Shown piece after piece: positions 15,474 to 29,904 of a stretch of DNA of 64,000 nt (position 1 is the first letter of the stretch; each line of letters starts with the position of its first letter). The stretch is taken from NCBI GenBank assembly GCA_964016885.1, contig OZ024750.1, forward strand, positions 19,964,001 to 20,028,000, written 5' to 3'. The translations under genes were made by a program, and so were the position numbers. The DNA is from Eledone cirrhosa (taxonomy: Eukaryota). The notes beneath the pieces are model-generated. The model saw only the letters and a list, made by a program, of their open reading frames with translations. It was not told the DNA's origin and made no database searches.

Positions 15474-15856
15474 CGATTGATACAGATCGAACCTTGAGCT
15501 GACCTATGGCGAAACGTGCGTCATCGAACATAAACGTAATGAAGGCTTACCAAATCGTCCTTGTACTATTATATTATTGTGGATTGGTAGTATCGGTAGA
15601 GGGTCGAATGGCATGATGTGCAGCGAAGAGTTACGGCCCTTTATGGTCTGAGTTGAAATCCCGCCGAGGTTAACTTTGCCTTTCATCCTTACAGGGTCGA
15701 TAAAATAAAGTACCAGTAATACACTGGGGTGATTGCTGGCCTTGTGCCAAAAGTAGAAACAATTATTATATTACACTCTGTGTAGCTATACACCTCGCCT
15801 AAACATCGAGTGCTCACCTGGGTGAACCTACAGTAGCTTCACGTTACACTCCCTGG
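15474..15856 (+). mobile_element. PLE-type 3' fragment interrupted by a SINE (15579-15763)
   Basis: Matches the reverse complement of 16208-16412; HHR 3' half GAAAcgtgcgTC; SINE flanked by tattatatta. Confidence 0.75.
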
Positions 15857-16207
15857 ATATATATATGTATGTGTGTGTGTGTGTGTTTAAGGTGACTATA
15901 AAAAGCTGATCCTTGCACTTGTGTGTTTGTATATTTACTATATATCTGATGAACTTCATACGAGGTCCAGGAATAATCTAATGCATTTTTGGAACGGTTA
16001 AAATTAAGATAAAAAAACAATTGGGGTAATCATTTTAGTGATATAGGACAGGGCAGACCCCCAATACAATGTTTGACGTGTTCTCCCAACAATTTGTGAG
16101 CCGGGAATCATATATATATATATGCTTCCTGCTGATTTCTCACGAATGAAACAGTTCTAGTCCTGTAGAAGCTATTCTATATTAATATATATATATATAT
16201 ATATATA

Positions 16208-16502
16208 TCCAGAGAATGTAACTTGGAGTTGCTGTAGGTACACCCGGCTGAACAATCGATGTTTAGGTTCACTTCTGTATCGAGGTGTAGAGCAAGTCAG
16301 AGAGTATTATAGTAAAATAAAACAAAGACGATTGGTTACTCATTCATCACGTTTATTGGTTGGTGACGCGCGTTTTGCCACTGATCAGCTCAAGGTTCGA
16401 TCTGTATCAATCTGAATCGAACCTTCAGCTGATAAACGGTGAAACGCGCGTCACTGAATAATAAACGTAATGAAGGAGTAACCAATCGTCCTTGTTCTAT
16501 TT

Positions 16503-16508
<6 letters not shown>
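16208..16508 (-). mobile_element. Asymmetric fold-back element with HHR 3' half (GAAAcgcgcgTC)
   Basis: Arms ~16311-16402/16415-16508; other family copies at ~6100-6200 (minus), ~24897-24990 and 48068-48172; TA-flanked. Confidence 0.75.
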
Positions 16509-16592
<84 letters not shown>

Positions 16593-18051
16593 ATAGATAT
16601 GTAAGCGGTTTTTCATAGAAAAAAATGGAATTATAAGTGGATTAAACAAAAGGAAGTTTCATATCTCTATTTTTCTTCAATCTTATGAAACTATTGTGAC
16701 AAAAAGAAAGGTATAAGTTGTTTTATCACACAGGGTATCTCTGATGTTATGTAGAATATATACATTTATATGACAATATGTAATATAGGATTTTCCATTA
16801 TAATATATAAGCAATGTTTAGCTGTATATCTAATGGATTACAAAAACTTAAGTGGGTTGGTTTGCATGAGCCCATCTAAAGAATGAATAAGATTTAAGTC
16901 CTCCCACAATAGCGAGTAATAATTGTTTCATATTACAGTGGATAATATTTATTGCAAAAAGTTCCTTGTACTAGAACAATTCTACTTTATCTACCCACGA
17001 ACAAACAAGACACTCAATGTGTATATTCATCTGATATCTCAAGATATAATCGGTTGGCAACACCCACGTACTGGTATGTATTTATAAATGCAGTTATATA
17101 CACTTACCTGTTTATATCTTTCGTAATGTCGTGCCAGACTCGAACATCGGAGGTGTTATGGTTCCTTCAGGTTCATGGTGAGAATGATCAAGTCATTACG
17201 TATCGCGCCAATAAAAAGGTGTTTCAGGGATACACAAACACACACATACACACTTGTATATAAACACACACACACGCACACACGCACACACCCACACTTA
17301 GTTATATATATATATGCCACAACTCTATTTTGATCGTGCTATACTATATTGAGGAATAAATCTTATTCAACATCTCATTCTCGTTATCTTGAATAGTCTC
17401 CACTATTTGTATGAATAATTCAATTATGGCTTGCCATCCACACAAATAAAGTTTGTGATTATATTTAAAACAATTCGATGTTGTAACACACTAAGCCGTA
17501 TATCTACTAATTAACAAATAGTGTCCACTCTGAGTTGTACGTTAGTATGTACAATAAATGATTTTTATAATATTAGTAGTAACGGCCGTAGCTAGACGGA
17601 TTATAAAAGGATAACTTCGTGAAACATAATTTATATAATTTTCAAGGTCGTAGACCTGCCTATAATCGCACATTATACCTTATTATTGTCATTGTTATTC
17701 ACATAAATAACCCGCTTGATTTCAACTGCGTTCCTGTTTAAAAGGTCACCTGTCTCTGCTACAAGATGAAACTGCTCACTTTATCACTGTATTCCGCTGA
17801 CGAAATGTTACATCAGCCCTGGTTATGTAACATTTGGGAATAATATGTAAGGCAAAGGAGGTGAAAGGGCACCATTTACTGTTCGGATCTATTCATTGTA
17901 TCCATTTTAACCCGTTTATCTACGAATAAACCAATAATGTGCACTGTGACTTGCATGTTTGTATTTAAAACATGCAACTTTTATAAATTCTTCTTAGATT
18001 TAACACAACTACGCCCTTGCACTCTATTAACTCATAAACACCTTCAGGCTG

Positions 18052-18203
18052 TTTTGGCAGCTAGTTCGGATCTAGCTGTCGAAACGATCGGAGCTCAGCC
18101 GTCTGGGTCCTAACTATTTTCCTATTACCCACTCTGCTACACTAAGTATCGGGTACTCTGGTGCGTCATAGTCCACATCGTTCCTTACCACGCTTTCTTT
18201 GTT
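18052..18203 (+). mobile_element. Short repeat carrying an HHR 3' half (agttcggatctagctgtcGAAAc family)
   Basis: Homologous to 29905-30175, 33769-33905, 24000-24060 (minus) and 44125-44170 (minus). Confidence 0.75.
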
Positions 18204-18221
18204 ATATATACACATATATAT

Positions 18222-18262
<41 letters not shown>

Positions 18263-18430
18263 CCTAGTAAACATTATAAATAATGCTGTATACACCGTAT
18301 ATTGGGAGAATTAATATAAAAAAGCTTCTACAAAAACGAATGCACTCTTGGAGCAATGTGAAAATATGTATGTATATATGTATGTATGCATATTAGAATA
18401 GATGTTGTCTTCCTGCTTCTTCTAAAACAA

Positions 18431-18778
18431 CTACAACGGTACGCGATGGGGCCCACCCACAGCCCCGACGGTCAGAATGGAGCAGGCGTTTCCACGGCGG
18501 ACGGCGGGGGAGACGCGCTGGAAGAGCCACTCCAACTCGCGGGGCTCACACCTGCGGCTGACCAGCTCAGCGCCTATGGTGGTGAGTAAGGAGGTAGCCC
18601 TGGGGCCGAGGACACCAGAAGTCTCCACTGCCAAGGCTACGACCGCAAACCTGTCGGAGATCGACCGGTATTTGAGGAGTTTTTCCTCCTCAGCCCGACG
18701 TGCAGCAGAACCTGAGGTCAATCGCTGACTGCACCAGGTTGCGGATGCAGAAAGTGCCGGTGCAAGTGGCATCCCAGA
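18431..18778 (-). pseudogene. CRE-like non-LTR retrotransposon, restriction-like endonuclease C-terminus
   Basis: VWDATC...AARRAEEEKLLKY...AVETSGVLGP...WLFQRVSPAVRRGNACSIL; GC-rich island. Confidence 0.8.
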
Positions 18779-19874
18779 CTATATATATGTTGGTAGATAT
18801 ACTAATTCTTTATAATTACCTCCAAATTATTTTGTTGAGCAACGATTTGCCAAAACTGCTATTATAGTTCATAGTAATCGCTCAGCCACTGTCTTTTTAA
18901 CACCCCACTCCTCACTGATTAACCTCGATGTCACGTGATTGATTCTTCTGAATTTGCCACCGACCAAGTAGGCAGTGATTTTTTCAATGTCTTGGAATTT
19001 AGTCCACGCTAGCTTTTTTCCATCCACTGAATTATTTTTGTATAAGTTCCCTGTGTCCACGCATCGCCTGGTAACTTAGCTGAGAATGAACTTCCTGATG
19101 ACGAAAGGTTTTCTCCGTGCTTTCCATTCGGAAACCATGTTTATTCCCTTTCAGAAACTAATTAGTTGGAGTGAAATTTTAGTAAGTAAAAACAATTCAC
19201 TGTACCTACTATGGTTACCGTTACCGAATCGGTTTCGAGTCACAAAAATAAATGGAAAGTCCTTGCAGGCTTCCATTGAAAAGATAAACTTTTGTCAGAA
19301 GGTTCTTTTCACTCGGAGAATATAAAATTCCCGAGATCAAATTACGAACTGACGCTATTCAAAATTGTTCCTGAGATGAGAATGAATGATGTGGAAGCAA
19401 TTCTGTCACATGCCGTATGTAAAGATAGAAGAAGAGACAGGGAGGTCAGCAGCAGTCAAAATGGCCAGATTTCATCTCGACCAGGGGGAGATTAATAATA
19501 ATAAGGTATATATCCCTACACGCAAAAAATATATATATATAAAATATATATATGCACTTGTGCGTACATATGTATGGATTTGTGTGTGTAGATGTGTGTG
19601 TCTGAGGGGTAGGTGTGAGTGTATGTACAAGTCAACCAACATAAGTATTTTTATTCCTAAAATTTCTAAACTTTCTAAGTATTTGATTCTAACCATAATT
19701 ATCACTATTACAACCCCACATTAATTCCTCAATTTGTATGTATGGATGTGTGTGTGTGTCTATGGGGGTGGGGGTGAGTGTATGTGCAAGTGAACCAACA
19801 TAAGTCTCTTTATATGTAAATTTTCTAGTATTCTACTCTAATCAACATTTTCAGTAGTACCATTCCACATAAAT

Positions 19875-20282
19875 TTAAGAATAACCTGTAGTATCGAATT
19901 TCATACTATAAACCTCAATTGAATATACATCTGACCAGGAATGCTTTTTGTGAAAATCAGTCATATGGAACTAATGTCATCTTGCCTGACGGTTTGAACT
20001 TTACAACACCACCTGTCTCTTTGAGGTCAAATACCAACCCTACTAGCATCTAAAAACTGACCAATGAGAATTAAGACTATTCCTGCTGTCAACATTAAAT
20101 TACTCCTAACAAGCTCATATGTCCCAAGGCTCTGATACCATCAACACCATATACACAGAGCTGGAAATATCTAAGAACTGACTAATTGCCTGATGAGGTC
20201 ATATCCATTCAATGGCTATCATCGAAATATATATAGCAGTAAATAAAGGATTATGAGTTCATGCAATTGACTTATGTCTCGC

Positions 20283-20285
<3 letters not shown>
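19875..20285 (+). mobile_element. PLE 3' end (GIY-YIG tail, UTR and HHR)
   Basis: SYYKPQLNIH resembles the KP.LN endonuclease end; HHR near the terminus followed by aataaa and (TA)n. Confidence 0.6.
20185..20240 (+). ncRNA. Type I hammerhead ribozyme, canonical core
   Basis: attgc CTGATGA ggtcatatccattcaatggctatcatc GAAA tatata TA gcagt; stem III is minimal and palindromic. Confidence 0.85.
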
Positions 20286-20782
<497 letters not shown>

Positions 20783-21468
20783 ATATGTATGTATTTATGT
20801 GTGCAAGTATGTATATCAGAAACCTTTTTTATTTGTATTGTTAAAAACATTCCCAATAAAATAGTTTATTTTACAACTAATCAACATTTTCAGAAACCAG
20901 TTTGTTACTATTATTCAAAAGGGATTTAAACACTCTTGTCACGAATTTATTGCATGTCAGTGAGGAAATATATTTGAAATCAAAAATTGTTCGTAAATTG
21001 CGAATGATTAGGAGGAAATTTGTTTCAGTTCGAATATATATTTACCTTTGTTAAGAAATAATAATCGTTTAAATAATATTAGTTATTTCGTCAAGTTTAA
21101 ATAAAAAAATTACCGGCTGTTGATTGATATGCAATTACATGTGGAAATGTGGAAGAGGAGAATATTATGTAAAGTATTATTTGCAACAGGAAATAAATTA
21201 TTATGAATAATACAACTTCTGAAATATTCTTTATATAGAATTGTTGTATATTGTTATATATGTACCCGTGCGTATTCACGTACATGAGGTACATATACAT
21301 TATATACATTCACAATTATATGCGTATATGAATCCCACTGAGAATATATATAAATACATATATATATATGTGTGTGTGTGTGTATACAGAGAGGGAGGGA
21401 GAGAGCTGAGAGAGGCATAGATATATGAATAACTATACATATCTCTACATGCTTATATGTATTTGTCT

Positions 21469-21559
<91 letters not shown>

Positions 21560-22454
21560 TGCAAACATGATCCCAAATTTTGAATGCAAGATATAGTTCA
21601 CAAATTAGATGACAACGTAAGATTATTTCCTTTACCACGGAATATGAATTAGCACATAGAAGTAGTAGTCTGTTGTGCTCATGAAATGAACAACATGTTT
21701 CATTTCACCTCACTTCTTATGCAAGACCGTGCGATCGTCAGTTATAATCAGAAATTGAGTAACAAATGCGAGCATTGTTTCATTTGTTCGATCTGACAAA
21801 CGTCACCTTTCTTATCTTTACGTTCAAATCCCATTAATATATATGCGTCGATAAATAAAGTCCCAGTTAAGAAAGAACTAAGTCTATTTCATTGACCATC
21901 GGTTTACGTCGAATTGCAGCTTTGCGCCTAAATTAGAAATCATTAAATTTGGTGAGTTGACAGAATCGTTTCGAACAACAAATAAAATTCTTGTGATATT
22001 TAGATATGGTTCTTTGTATTCTGATTCCAAATCCTTTTGGAGTTAACTTCGCCTTCCCTGCTTGCGGTGTCGATAAAATAAAGTATCAGTCATGAAGTGG
22101 TGGTGCTAAAATAGACTTACTCATCGTTTGATTTTCCCCCACCCATGCAAATATGCCTGGTCGTTTGCGAAACAATTAGAAATTATGAAGAGGACGGTGG
22201 ATTGGCAGAACCATTAGGGCGTCTGACAATGCTCTGAGAGTTTAAATTTCAAATCCCGTCAACGTAAACTGTGGTTTTCCTCCTTCCAGGATCGTTAAAA
22301 TAAAGCGCCAATCAAGTACAATTGTCGACATCATCGATTTCCTCCTCCCCGTGAATATGTTTGAGAAAAATGACTGAGAAGACACTTCCGTCATTATAAA
22401 CGGTTTTGTGCTGGTCTACACCTATTACATCTATAAGCTAGTTCTGTCACATAC

Positions 22455-22610
22455 ATTATCACGTGGAATCTCCCCGAAAATCTGGTGAAATATACATGTA
22501 TTTGGGAACTGCTCAGTAATGTACATATGAATTTAATGGGCAAGCCGTTCCAGTGATCGAATAACTCGAACTTGCAGCATCGAAACCGCTGAGCATGAAA
22601 CAGTATTATA
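22455..22610 (-). CDS. Candidate internal exon (phase 2-2)
   Basis: Acceptor aatttcacag, 156 bp open frame IILFHAQRFRCCKFELFDHWNGLPIKFICTLLSSSQIHVYFTRFSGRFHVI, donor gtatgt. Confidence 0.3.
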
Positions 22611-23665
22611 CTGTGAAATTTTAGTTATTTTTAAGCATGTCAAATTACGCAATAATGGGTAACATCTGTCCTTAACATATACATAGCATCTGATTATACT
22701 CACAATACTAAATCTGTGTTCTTTAAGATAGTTAAATATCTTCCTCGTAGCTTTCTTCAATACCCAGATATAACATGGAAAAATAATATCTCATTCATAA
22801 AATAGCATTAACACATTCATTATCATTCGTTCAAGCACCTAATATGGCCTCAGAGAAAAGGTAATATCTGCTTCAAGAGTACATTCTTATTTTGAAAATC
22901 CGATTGCTTTAAGAAGTATTGAGACATACTGAAATGTGAAGGTCACACAATAATTGCTACAGAAACATCAACAACTGGTGTCGAAATAGATTCCTACATT
23001 ATTATATCCTGGGGAAATCATTCCACATTTATATATAATGGGAAATAATTATCTCCTATGTTATACCACTTTTACTTTCAGGTAAATGTATAGTGCCATT
23101 ATGAATACATGCATTCAGTAATACACTAATATACGAGTGACAGCGTAAATATGTGATTCGTTTCAGATCTCCACCAATTATTATATACAACGACTCTTTT
23201 ATAATTTTAATGGGAGATTGATTAGTTAAATATGTAGATATTACAATCTAATGTTCAAGCAATATTGTGGGAGATTGAATATCTAAATATGTAGATATTA
23301 CAAATTAATTTCAGATCAATATTTCCTCAAAAATTATAGATTAATATCGATGTTAATATAGAAAGAAAAAATATTAAACACACACACAGGCATATATATA
23401 TATATATATATATTTATTTATATATATATATATATATTTATATTTCGTTTCTGAATTTGTTTAGCAAGATTCTTTATCTGAAATCGTGTGTTGAAACCGA
23501 TATTGTTATACTTTGGGAGGGTCATGTTGCCAATAAGAAACACACGCACCAATTGCTTTCACTTCAATTTATTATATATTTATAAATTTATAAATTTACA
23601 AATCTACAAACTTATACATTTCTGGTTGGTTGGTTGGTTCCACAACCAGATAGTTGTTTATATAT

Positions 23666-23710
23666 AGTCATAGTCCTTTCGTCACACACTCTGTGACCTC
23701 TTCAGTGACT
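23666..23710 (-). ncRNA. Minimal type I hammerhead ribozyme
   Basis: Minus strand reads agtca CTGAAGA ggtcacagagtgtgtgac GAAA ggac TA tgact; stem I perfect, stem II gtcaca/tgtgac. Confidence 0.82.
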
Positions 23711-23813
23711 GGGGATTCCTTTCTTTGTTTCTGTGCCTTTCCTTTCTTCTGTCCTACGCCATTTTGTTATATATATATATTTATATATATATATATTTAT
23801 ATATATATATATT

Positions 23814-23846
<33 letters not shown>

Positions 23847-23969
23847 ATATTTATGTATATATATATTTATATGTATATATATATATGTAATAAACAGCAT
23901 GTTGTTTATTACATAATGACATAGCTTTGTAGCAAACATAGATCACTCTACTTTCCTTTACCCTTCCTA

Positions 23970-24561
23970 CGGAAATACTTCATATATATATATATATAGG
24001 AAAATGTTCAAGACCCCGACGGCAGGGCTCAAGCCGTTTCGACGGCTATTTCTGGACTTAATTAGATTTTTAGCGTGGTAGTAAATAGCCGAACTTTTCA
24101 AGGCGTAATTCCTCATCTGGGCGTGCGATAATGATGCATTTCTAAAGATTGTAATTGTCAAAAGGATTGGTCAAAATGTCTTGGAAACGCAATTAAATCT
24201 TTCTTGGCGGTGGATAGCTGAACATGCCTATATAACAATCAGGGAGTGGGTTTAGCCGGTGAAGCGTTGAAAGTGAATTCTATACAGCAAATTCTAAGGA
24301 GTGTGGTGGAATTAGGCTAGCTAGAAAGCAGGATACAATTCGTTTCTCGCCTGCTTTCTACCTAGCCTAATTCGTCCACACACCTTAGAATTTGCTGTAT
24401 AAAATTCACTTTCAACGCTTCACCGGCTAAACCCACTCCCTGATTGTTATATAGGCATGTTCAGCTATCCACCGCCATGAAAGATTTAATTGCGTTTCCA
24501 AGAAATTTTGACCAATCCTTGTAATTGTGTTTACAAGAAATTTTGACCAATCCTTTTGACA
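23970..24561 (-). mobile_element. PLE-type UTR with 5' fold-back and full HHR (24013-24106)
   Basis: Arms ~24162-24332/24350-24520; minus strand acgcc TTGAAAA gttcggctattt...aaatagccgtc GAAA cggc..gccg TC ggggt. Confidence 0.75.
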
Positions 24562-24890
24562 TACCGGCCATCTCCCACGCCATGCTGCCCTCAACGAGGT
24601 CATGAAGCATGTCTTGGACGATGAAAGCCCCCCTTCCCATCTCGAGCTGGAGGAGCTGGCCCTAGGGGACGGCAAAAAGCCAGATGGCATGACCATCTTC
24701 CCGTTCCGCGGTGGCAAACCCCTCGTCTAGGATGTCACTGCGCCGACACTTTCTGCAGCCGCAACCTGGTGCAGTCTGCGACTAACCCAGCTGCACTTCG
24801 GGCTGAGGAGGCCAAACTCTTCAAATACCGGTCGCTCTCCGACACGTTTGCGGTTGTACCCTTGACAGTAGAGATTTGCTTCCAGGTTCG
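24562..24890 (+). pseudogene. CRE-like restriction-like endonuclease fragment
   Basis: RHAALNEVMK...DGKKPDGMTIFPFRGGKPLV*DVT (R/K-PD..WD motif); overlaps in homology with 18431-18778. Confidence 0.8.
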
Positions 24891-24988
24891 GGGCCGATCG
24901 ATACAGATCAAACCTTAAGCTGATCAATCGCGAAATGCGTGTCCCACCTGAATAAATGTATTGGAAATTTAACACCTCGTACACATTA

Positions 24989-25032
<44 letters not shown>

Positions 25033-25290
25033 ATATATAGAAAAGCTTTCTACTGGACTAAGATATTTTCTTTCGAAGGAAATCATCACGAAGATCAACC
25101 GTCATTGTGGTATGGTGGTAGTTATACGTTTTCTGGTGGTAGGAGAAGGAGGTGATTAGGATGGGTGGAAATATATATGTATATATGTGTGTATGTATAA
25201 AGTGGTGGTGGTCGTAGTGGTGATAGTCATAGCGTAGGTTTAAGGTAGTTGCGTAGAGCAGAAGGATTGACGACGCATGCATACAAACAA

Positions 25291-25356
<66 letters not shown>

Positions 25357-25357
<1 letters not shown>

Positions 25358-25813
25358 ATATTAAATAAATGGAAACTATATTTATAAAACCATATTTATT
25401 TCATTATATATATTTCAGGGATATCATATTAACAATATGCTATGCCTTCCTCAGACAAAATACAATATAAACAGTTTTATAGATAAATAGATTCGACATA
25501 CCGTAACAACATCGACTTGCATTTGAAGAGGTTGATTTGCCAAATCAACCTCTTCAAATGCAAGTCGATGTTGTTACGGTATGTCGAATCTATTTATCTA
25601 TAAAACTGTTTATATTGTATTTTGTCTGAGGAAGGCATAGCATATTGTTAATATGATATCCCTGAAATATATATAATGAAATAAATATGGTTTTATAAAT
25701 ATAGTTTGCATTTATTTAATATTGTAAATATACTCCAAATATTTGTCGAGTGCTTTTATATCAGTTATAAATATTTACTAGTTGTAACCCAACAATTTTA
25801 AATATAACTTTCC
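25357..25813 (+). mobile_element. Asymmetric fold-back element with HHR on both strands (25618-25683 plus, 25397-25462 minus)
   Basis: Near-perfect ~183 bp arms centred at 25540; tattttgt CTGAGGA aggcatagcatatt-gtt-aatatgatatccct GAAA tatata TA atgaaata. Confidence 0.88.
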
Positions 25814-25828
25814 ATATATATATATATA

Positions 25829-26238
25829 TAAAGTGAACAATGACAGGAACGCAAATATGATGAATATGCTTAAGTATTTATATCCGCAAACACTATGTAC
25901 ATTTCCGTGGCTAGGTTGCGCATGAACCATGTGACATCTTCAGGTGTAAATTGCGTATTAGATGTATACCAACGGAATGATGGCAACATTGAAGGAAACA
26001 AGTGCAGAAAAAAAAACAGAGAAGAAAAAGTGCGTATTTATGTTGTCGACCCAAAGACGAACGAAACAGAATGCTGTTGCAATGCCTCACCGTCTCTGGT
26101 ATACATCTATTACGCAATTTACACCTGGAGATATCACCGGGTTCCTCCGCAACGTGGCCACCCAAATATGCATAGTGTTTGCAGAAATAAATAATTAAAC
26201 AAATTCAACATATTTGGCCTCCTGTCATTTCACTTTAT
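25829..26238. mobile_element. Older fold-back element with HHR in each arm
   Basis: Diverged arms ~25829-25990/26078-26238; minus 25890-25947 reads acac CTGAAGA...GAAA tgtaca TA gtgt. Confidence 0.72.
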
Positions 26239-26332
26239 AACACATTTACTCTGTTGCCGCACCACCAACATGATTCAACAGGTGTGTGTATGTGTGTGTG
26301 TGTGAGTGTGATGTGTGTGTGGGTGTGTGTAC

Positions 26333-26390
<58 letters not shown>

Positions 26391-26391
26391 G

Positions 26392-26650
26392 TAGGTCCCG
26401 GGTTGAGTCGGGGATAACCACAGTAAGTAAGGTACTCAATACATGGCAGAGTAAAATTTTTTTATTTTATAGAAGGAGCTTCTACAGGACTAGTACTGTT
26501 TCATTCAGATGAAATCTTCAGGAAGCTGGGTGTCATATTAAGTTCTGGTATTTATTAAATACCAGAACTTAATATGACACCCAGCTTCCTGAAGATTTCA
26601 TCTGAATGAAACAGTACTAGTCCTGTAGAAGCTCCTTCTATAAAATAAAA

Positions 26651-26652
<2 letters not shown>
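26392..26652 (-). mobile_element. Perfect fold-back element with HHR on both strands (26583-26633 plus, 26478-26528 minus)
   Basis: agcttc CTGAAGA tttcatctgaat GAAA cag-tactagtc-ctg TA gaagct; arms identical by eye; decayed relatives at 16123-16172, 44002-44047 and 25045-25097. Confidence 0.88.
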
Positions 26653-26681
<29 letters not shown>

Positions 26682-26982
26682 TATAATAGTATGTGGATTT
26701 GTGGATTTGTAGTTATAAATATATATACATATACGTATGCATAGACAAGTAGAAAGATTAAGGGAAAATAACGTAGCAAATACATATACGCATATCAGTG
26801 TATCTTCAAATATAATATAATCACCCTTGAATTATGATATTTCCTTTGAAGGTAGTAATTCATTAATAATAGATGGTATATAAATCTGTAAAACATTGTT
26901 CGAAATAAATTTACATAGACCTGTTACATATTAACAATATATTTTATATATAACTGTAATAGTTTAATATTATATGTTATGA

Positions 26983-27476
26983 GGGCGGTGGATTGGCAGT
27001 ATATGTAGAGGGTCGGACGCCATGCTTTGCAGCAAAGAGTTACGGCCTGTTATGGTCTGAGTTCAAATCCCGTCGAGGTTAACTTTGCCTTTCATCCATA
27101 CGGGGTCGATAACATAAAGTACCAACAATACACTAGGATAATTGCTGGCCTTGTGCCAACAGTAGCAACAATTATATGTTATGTCTCCGGATATAATAAA
27201 CATGATGACGTTGGAGATGGCAATCATAATGATGATGATGATGATGATGACGGTGATGTTAATAACGATGCTCATGCTGACGTTGATGATATTAATTGTT
27301 TCTACTTTAGGCACAAGGCCAGCAATTACCCAGTGCATTACTGGTACTTTATTTTATCGACCCCGTAAGGATGAAAGGCAAAGTCAACCTCGGCAGGATT
27401 TGAACTCAGATCGTAAAGGGACGTAACTATGCTAGAAAGCATGGCGTCTGACTCTCTACCAATACTGCCAATCCAT
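26983..27476. mobile_element. Tail-to-tail SINE pair (26983-27170 plus, 27297-27476 minus) around a (GAT)n tract
   Basis: First copy has TSD attatatgttatg (26969-26981, 27171-27183). Confidence 0.9.
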
Positions 27477-28077
27477 GTCAGTTGAGATGTTAATAAAATG
27501 TTATTATTGCCCTCACAGTCATATTATTTATGCCTAGAGGAAAATACGATTCAGCGGTCACACTCATAGTAATATACAGACGTTGGAAATGCAGTTGGTG
27601 CATATAAGAATATATATATATTTCAAGTTAACTTATTTCCCTATTCCATAATTTCCAAGAGTCCTGTTTCCCTCTTTATAAATGAATATTTGTGCTAGAA
27701 CATAGCGTATATTAGACGATATATAATAAATATAATATAGCTATGAACACAGTTTTCTTTTCTGTCCCATGTACTGATAGACATATATATCTATATAAAG
27801 TGAACGTCATCAAATGTATACATAATATACATAGCTTTCCATACAATAGGTATCTGCATTACTAACCTACAATATAATAGCGTCTGTTTAGATCATTTAT
27901 GATAAAGACATTAACATGGCGGTGATATCTCAAAGAGCGCATTCGTTTTGCTCATTGCCTAATCAATTCTTTGATAAGACAGTTGATTCTACTGCCTGAA
28001 AAAAGATAAACACCAATGACTTTTCGAAGATTCGAAGATATTTCACATTGAAATTCGCAGGCTATATGACATTTACT

Positions 28078-28155
<78 letters not shown>

Positions 28156-28872
28156 TTCTAAATTTGTACAGTCTGTCATATATTTCATACACAATTAAAT
28201 CACAATTTCTATAGCAACTTGTATTTTCCATACATGTTGAAGAAAGTTGGCAAAATCAATAAGTATTTTGAATAAGCAAACTTTGCAATATATTTATAGA
28301 ATTTCAAATTTCCATGGCATTAGTCTAATATAAAATTGCAGACGAAGTGAAAGGAATAAATCATTTTGTTTCAAAGATGTGTTGGAGCTTAAGATAAACA
28401 ATATATTATCTGTAACGTTCCTAAATACATTCAAACTAGAGTTGTAATAGAGATTCAAACTTTCTAGATAGCACAGCAGACTTACATTTGATAAAATCAT
28501 TTCGGTGTAGTATTAGATTGAATTCCAAGGTAAAAGATCAATATTATAAAAGGATTTAAATACACAAAATAAAATAATATAGAATATATTGATTCATTTC
28601 GAATTCTGCGCTGAATATGGAGAATTCTAGTTCAAACATGATAGTATCAATGAAGTACATATTTAAAAGTTATGCGGACTGAGAGACATCGATAGAAGCA
28701 ACAGGCAAGAGAGATGCTTAGGTAAACCAGCGTTATATGACCATATGTTAGACACACAGACACGTACACACACACACATACATAGACATAGACATAGACA
28801 CACACATACTGAAACATACTCACATACACACACACATATATATATATGTATATATATACTGTATATATATAT

Positions 28873-28940
<68 letters not shown>

Positions 28941-29046
28941 GTAAATATACGTATTTTTAGTACCCTCGAAATATATATAATAAAATAAATATGGTTTTAT
29001 AAAGATAGTTTCCATTTATTAATATTATAAATATATAGAAATATAC

Positions 29047-29133
<87 letters not shown>

Positions 29134-29904
29134 TGTATTTGTATGTGTATGTTTGCGTTTGTGTGTATATATAAACATACATGCGTGGCCGTGCGTGCGT
29201 GTGTATAATGACCTGAAAGGACATGTGACCATTGAAATATTCGGATGAGATTCTCAACTTTCCACTCACTAGGCATTAACAAAGAAATATGAAAAATTCA
29301 TTTATTTGAAAGCTCGTCATCGTAAACACCGCGGTTTTTCATGTTTGGAATTATGTGTTATGAATCTACATATGAAAACCTGTAAATGATTTTATAGTTT
29401 TATATTTACTTTTATATGTTTTAATCCACATTGACATTACCATATATATATAGATATTTATAATCTCATTTTGATTATTTTTTCATCTAATTCATATATT
29501 TTCACACATGTTTACGCTATACATAATACAATGTTTATACCACTGTAATGCAATCTTTCCCTTAAAAATTGCAAACGGATTATTAAAATGGCAAGGATTA
29601 GAGAAACTTATCCTTAGCCTAGGAAATAATGCAAACCTGCTGATTGTGCACTATTTTCTCTTCAGTTAATTGGGCTTAGTGAGCGTAAAGAGGGCATTGA
29701 TTTTTCCTCTGTATAAAATGCAATAAATCAACAAGAAGTTAATTCGAAGTAAATGTGTTCACGCAATTTCCACACTTTGCCCACAACTTCAATCATATTG
29801 GTTTCCTAAAATGAGTTGTATCAATTTAGACAATTGTTTTTATTTTAAAATTAAACATCTATCACTTTGAAACTACCTATATATATATATATATATATAT
29901 ATAT

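Noticed and set aside
16384-16434. CTGATCA/CTGATAA read as an HHR core
   Set aside because: Better explained as the 3' strand of a long stem II (pairs with gattgat.cag); the true core is lost.
19095-19120. CTGATGA-c-GAAA hammerhead-like match (similar isolated cores at 15946, 21735, 29659, 42196)
   Set aside because: No stem II or stem I, or no valid cleavage triplet.
19090-19490. Possible Tx1/L1 ORF1 fragment
   Set aside because: Only vague resemblance; no diagnostic motif.
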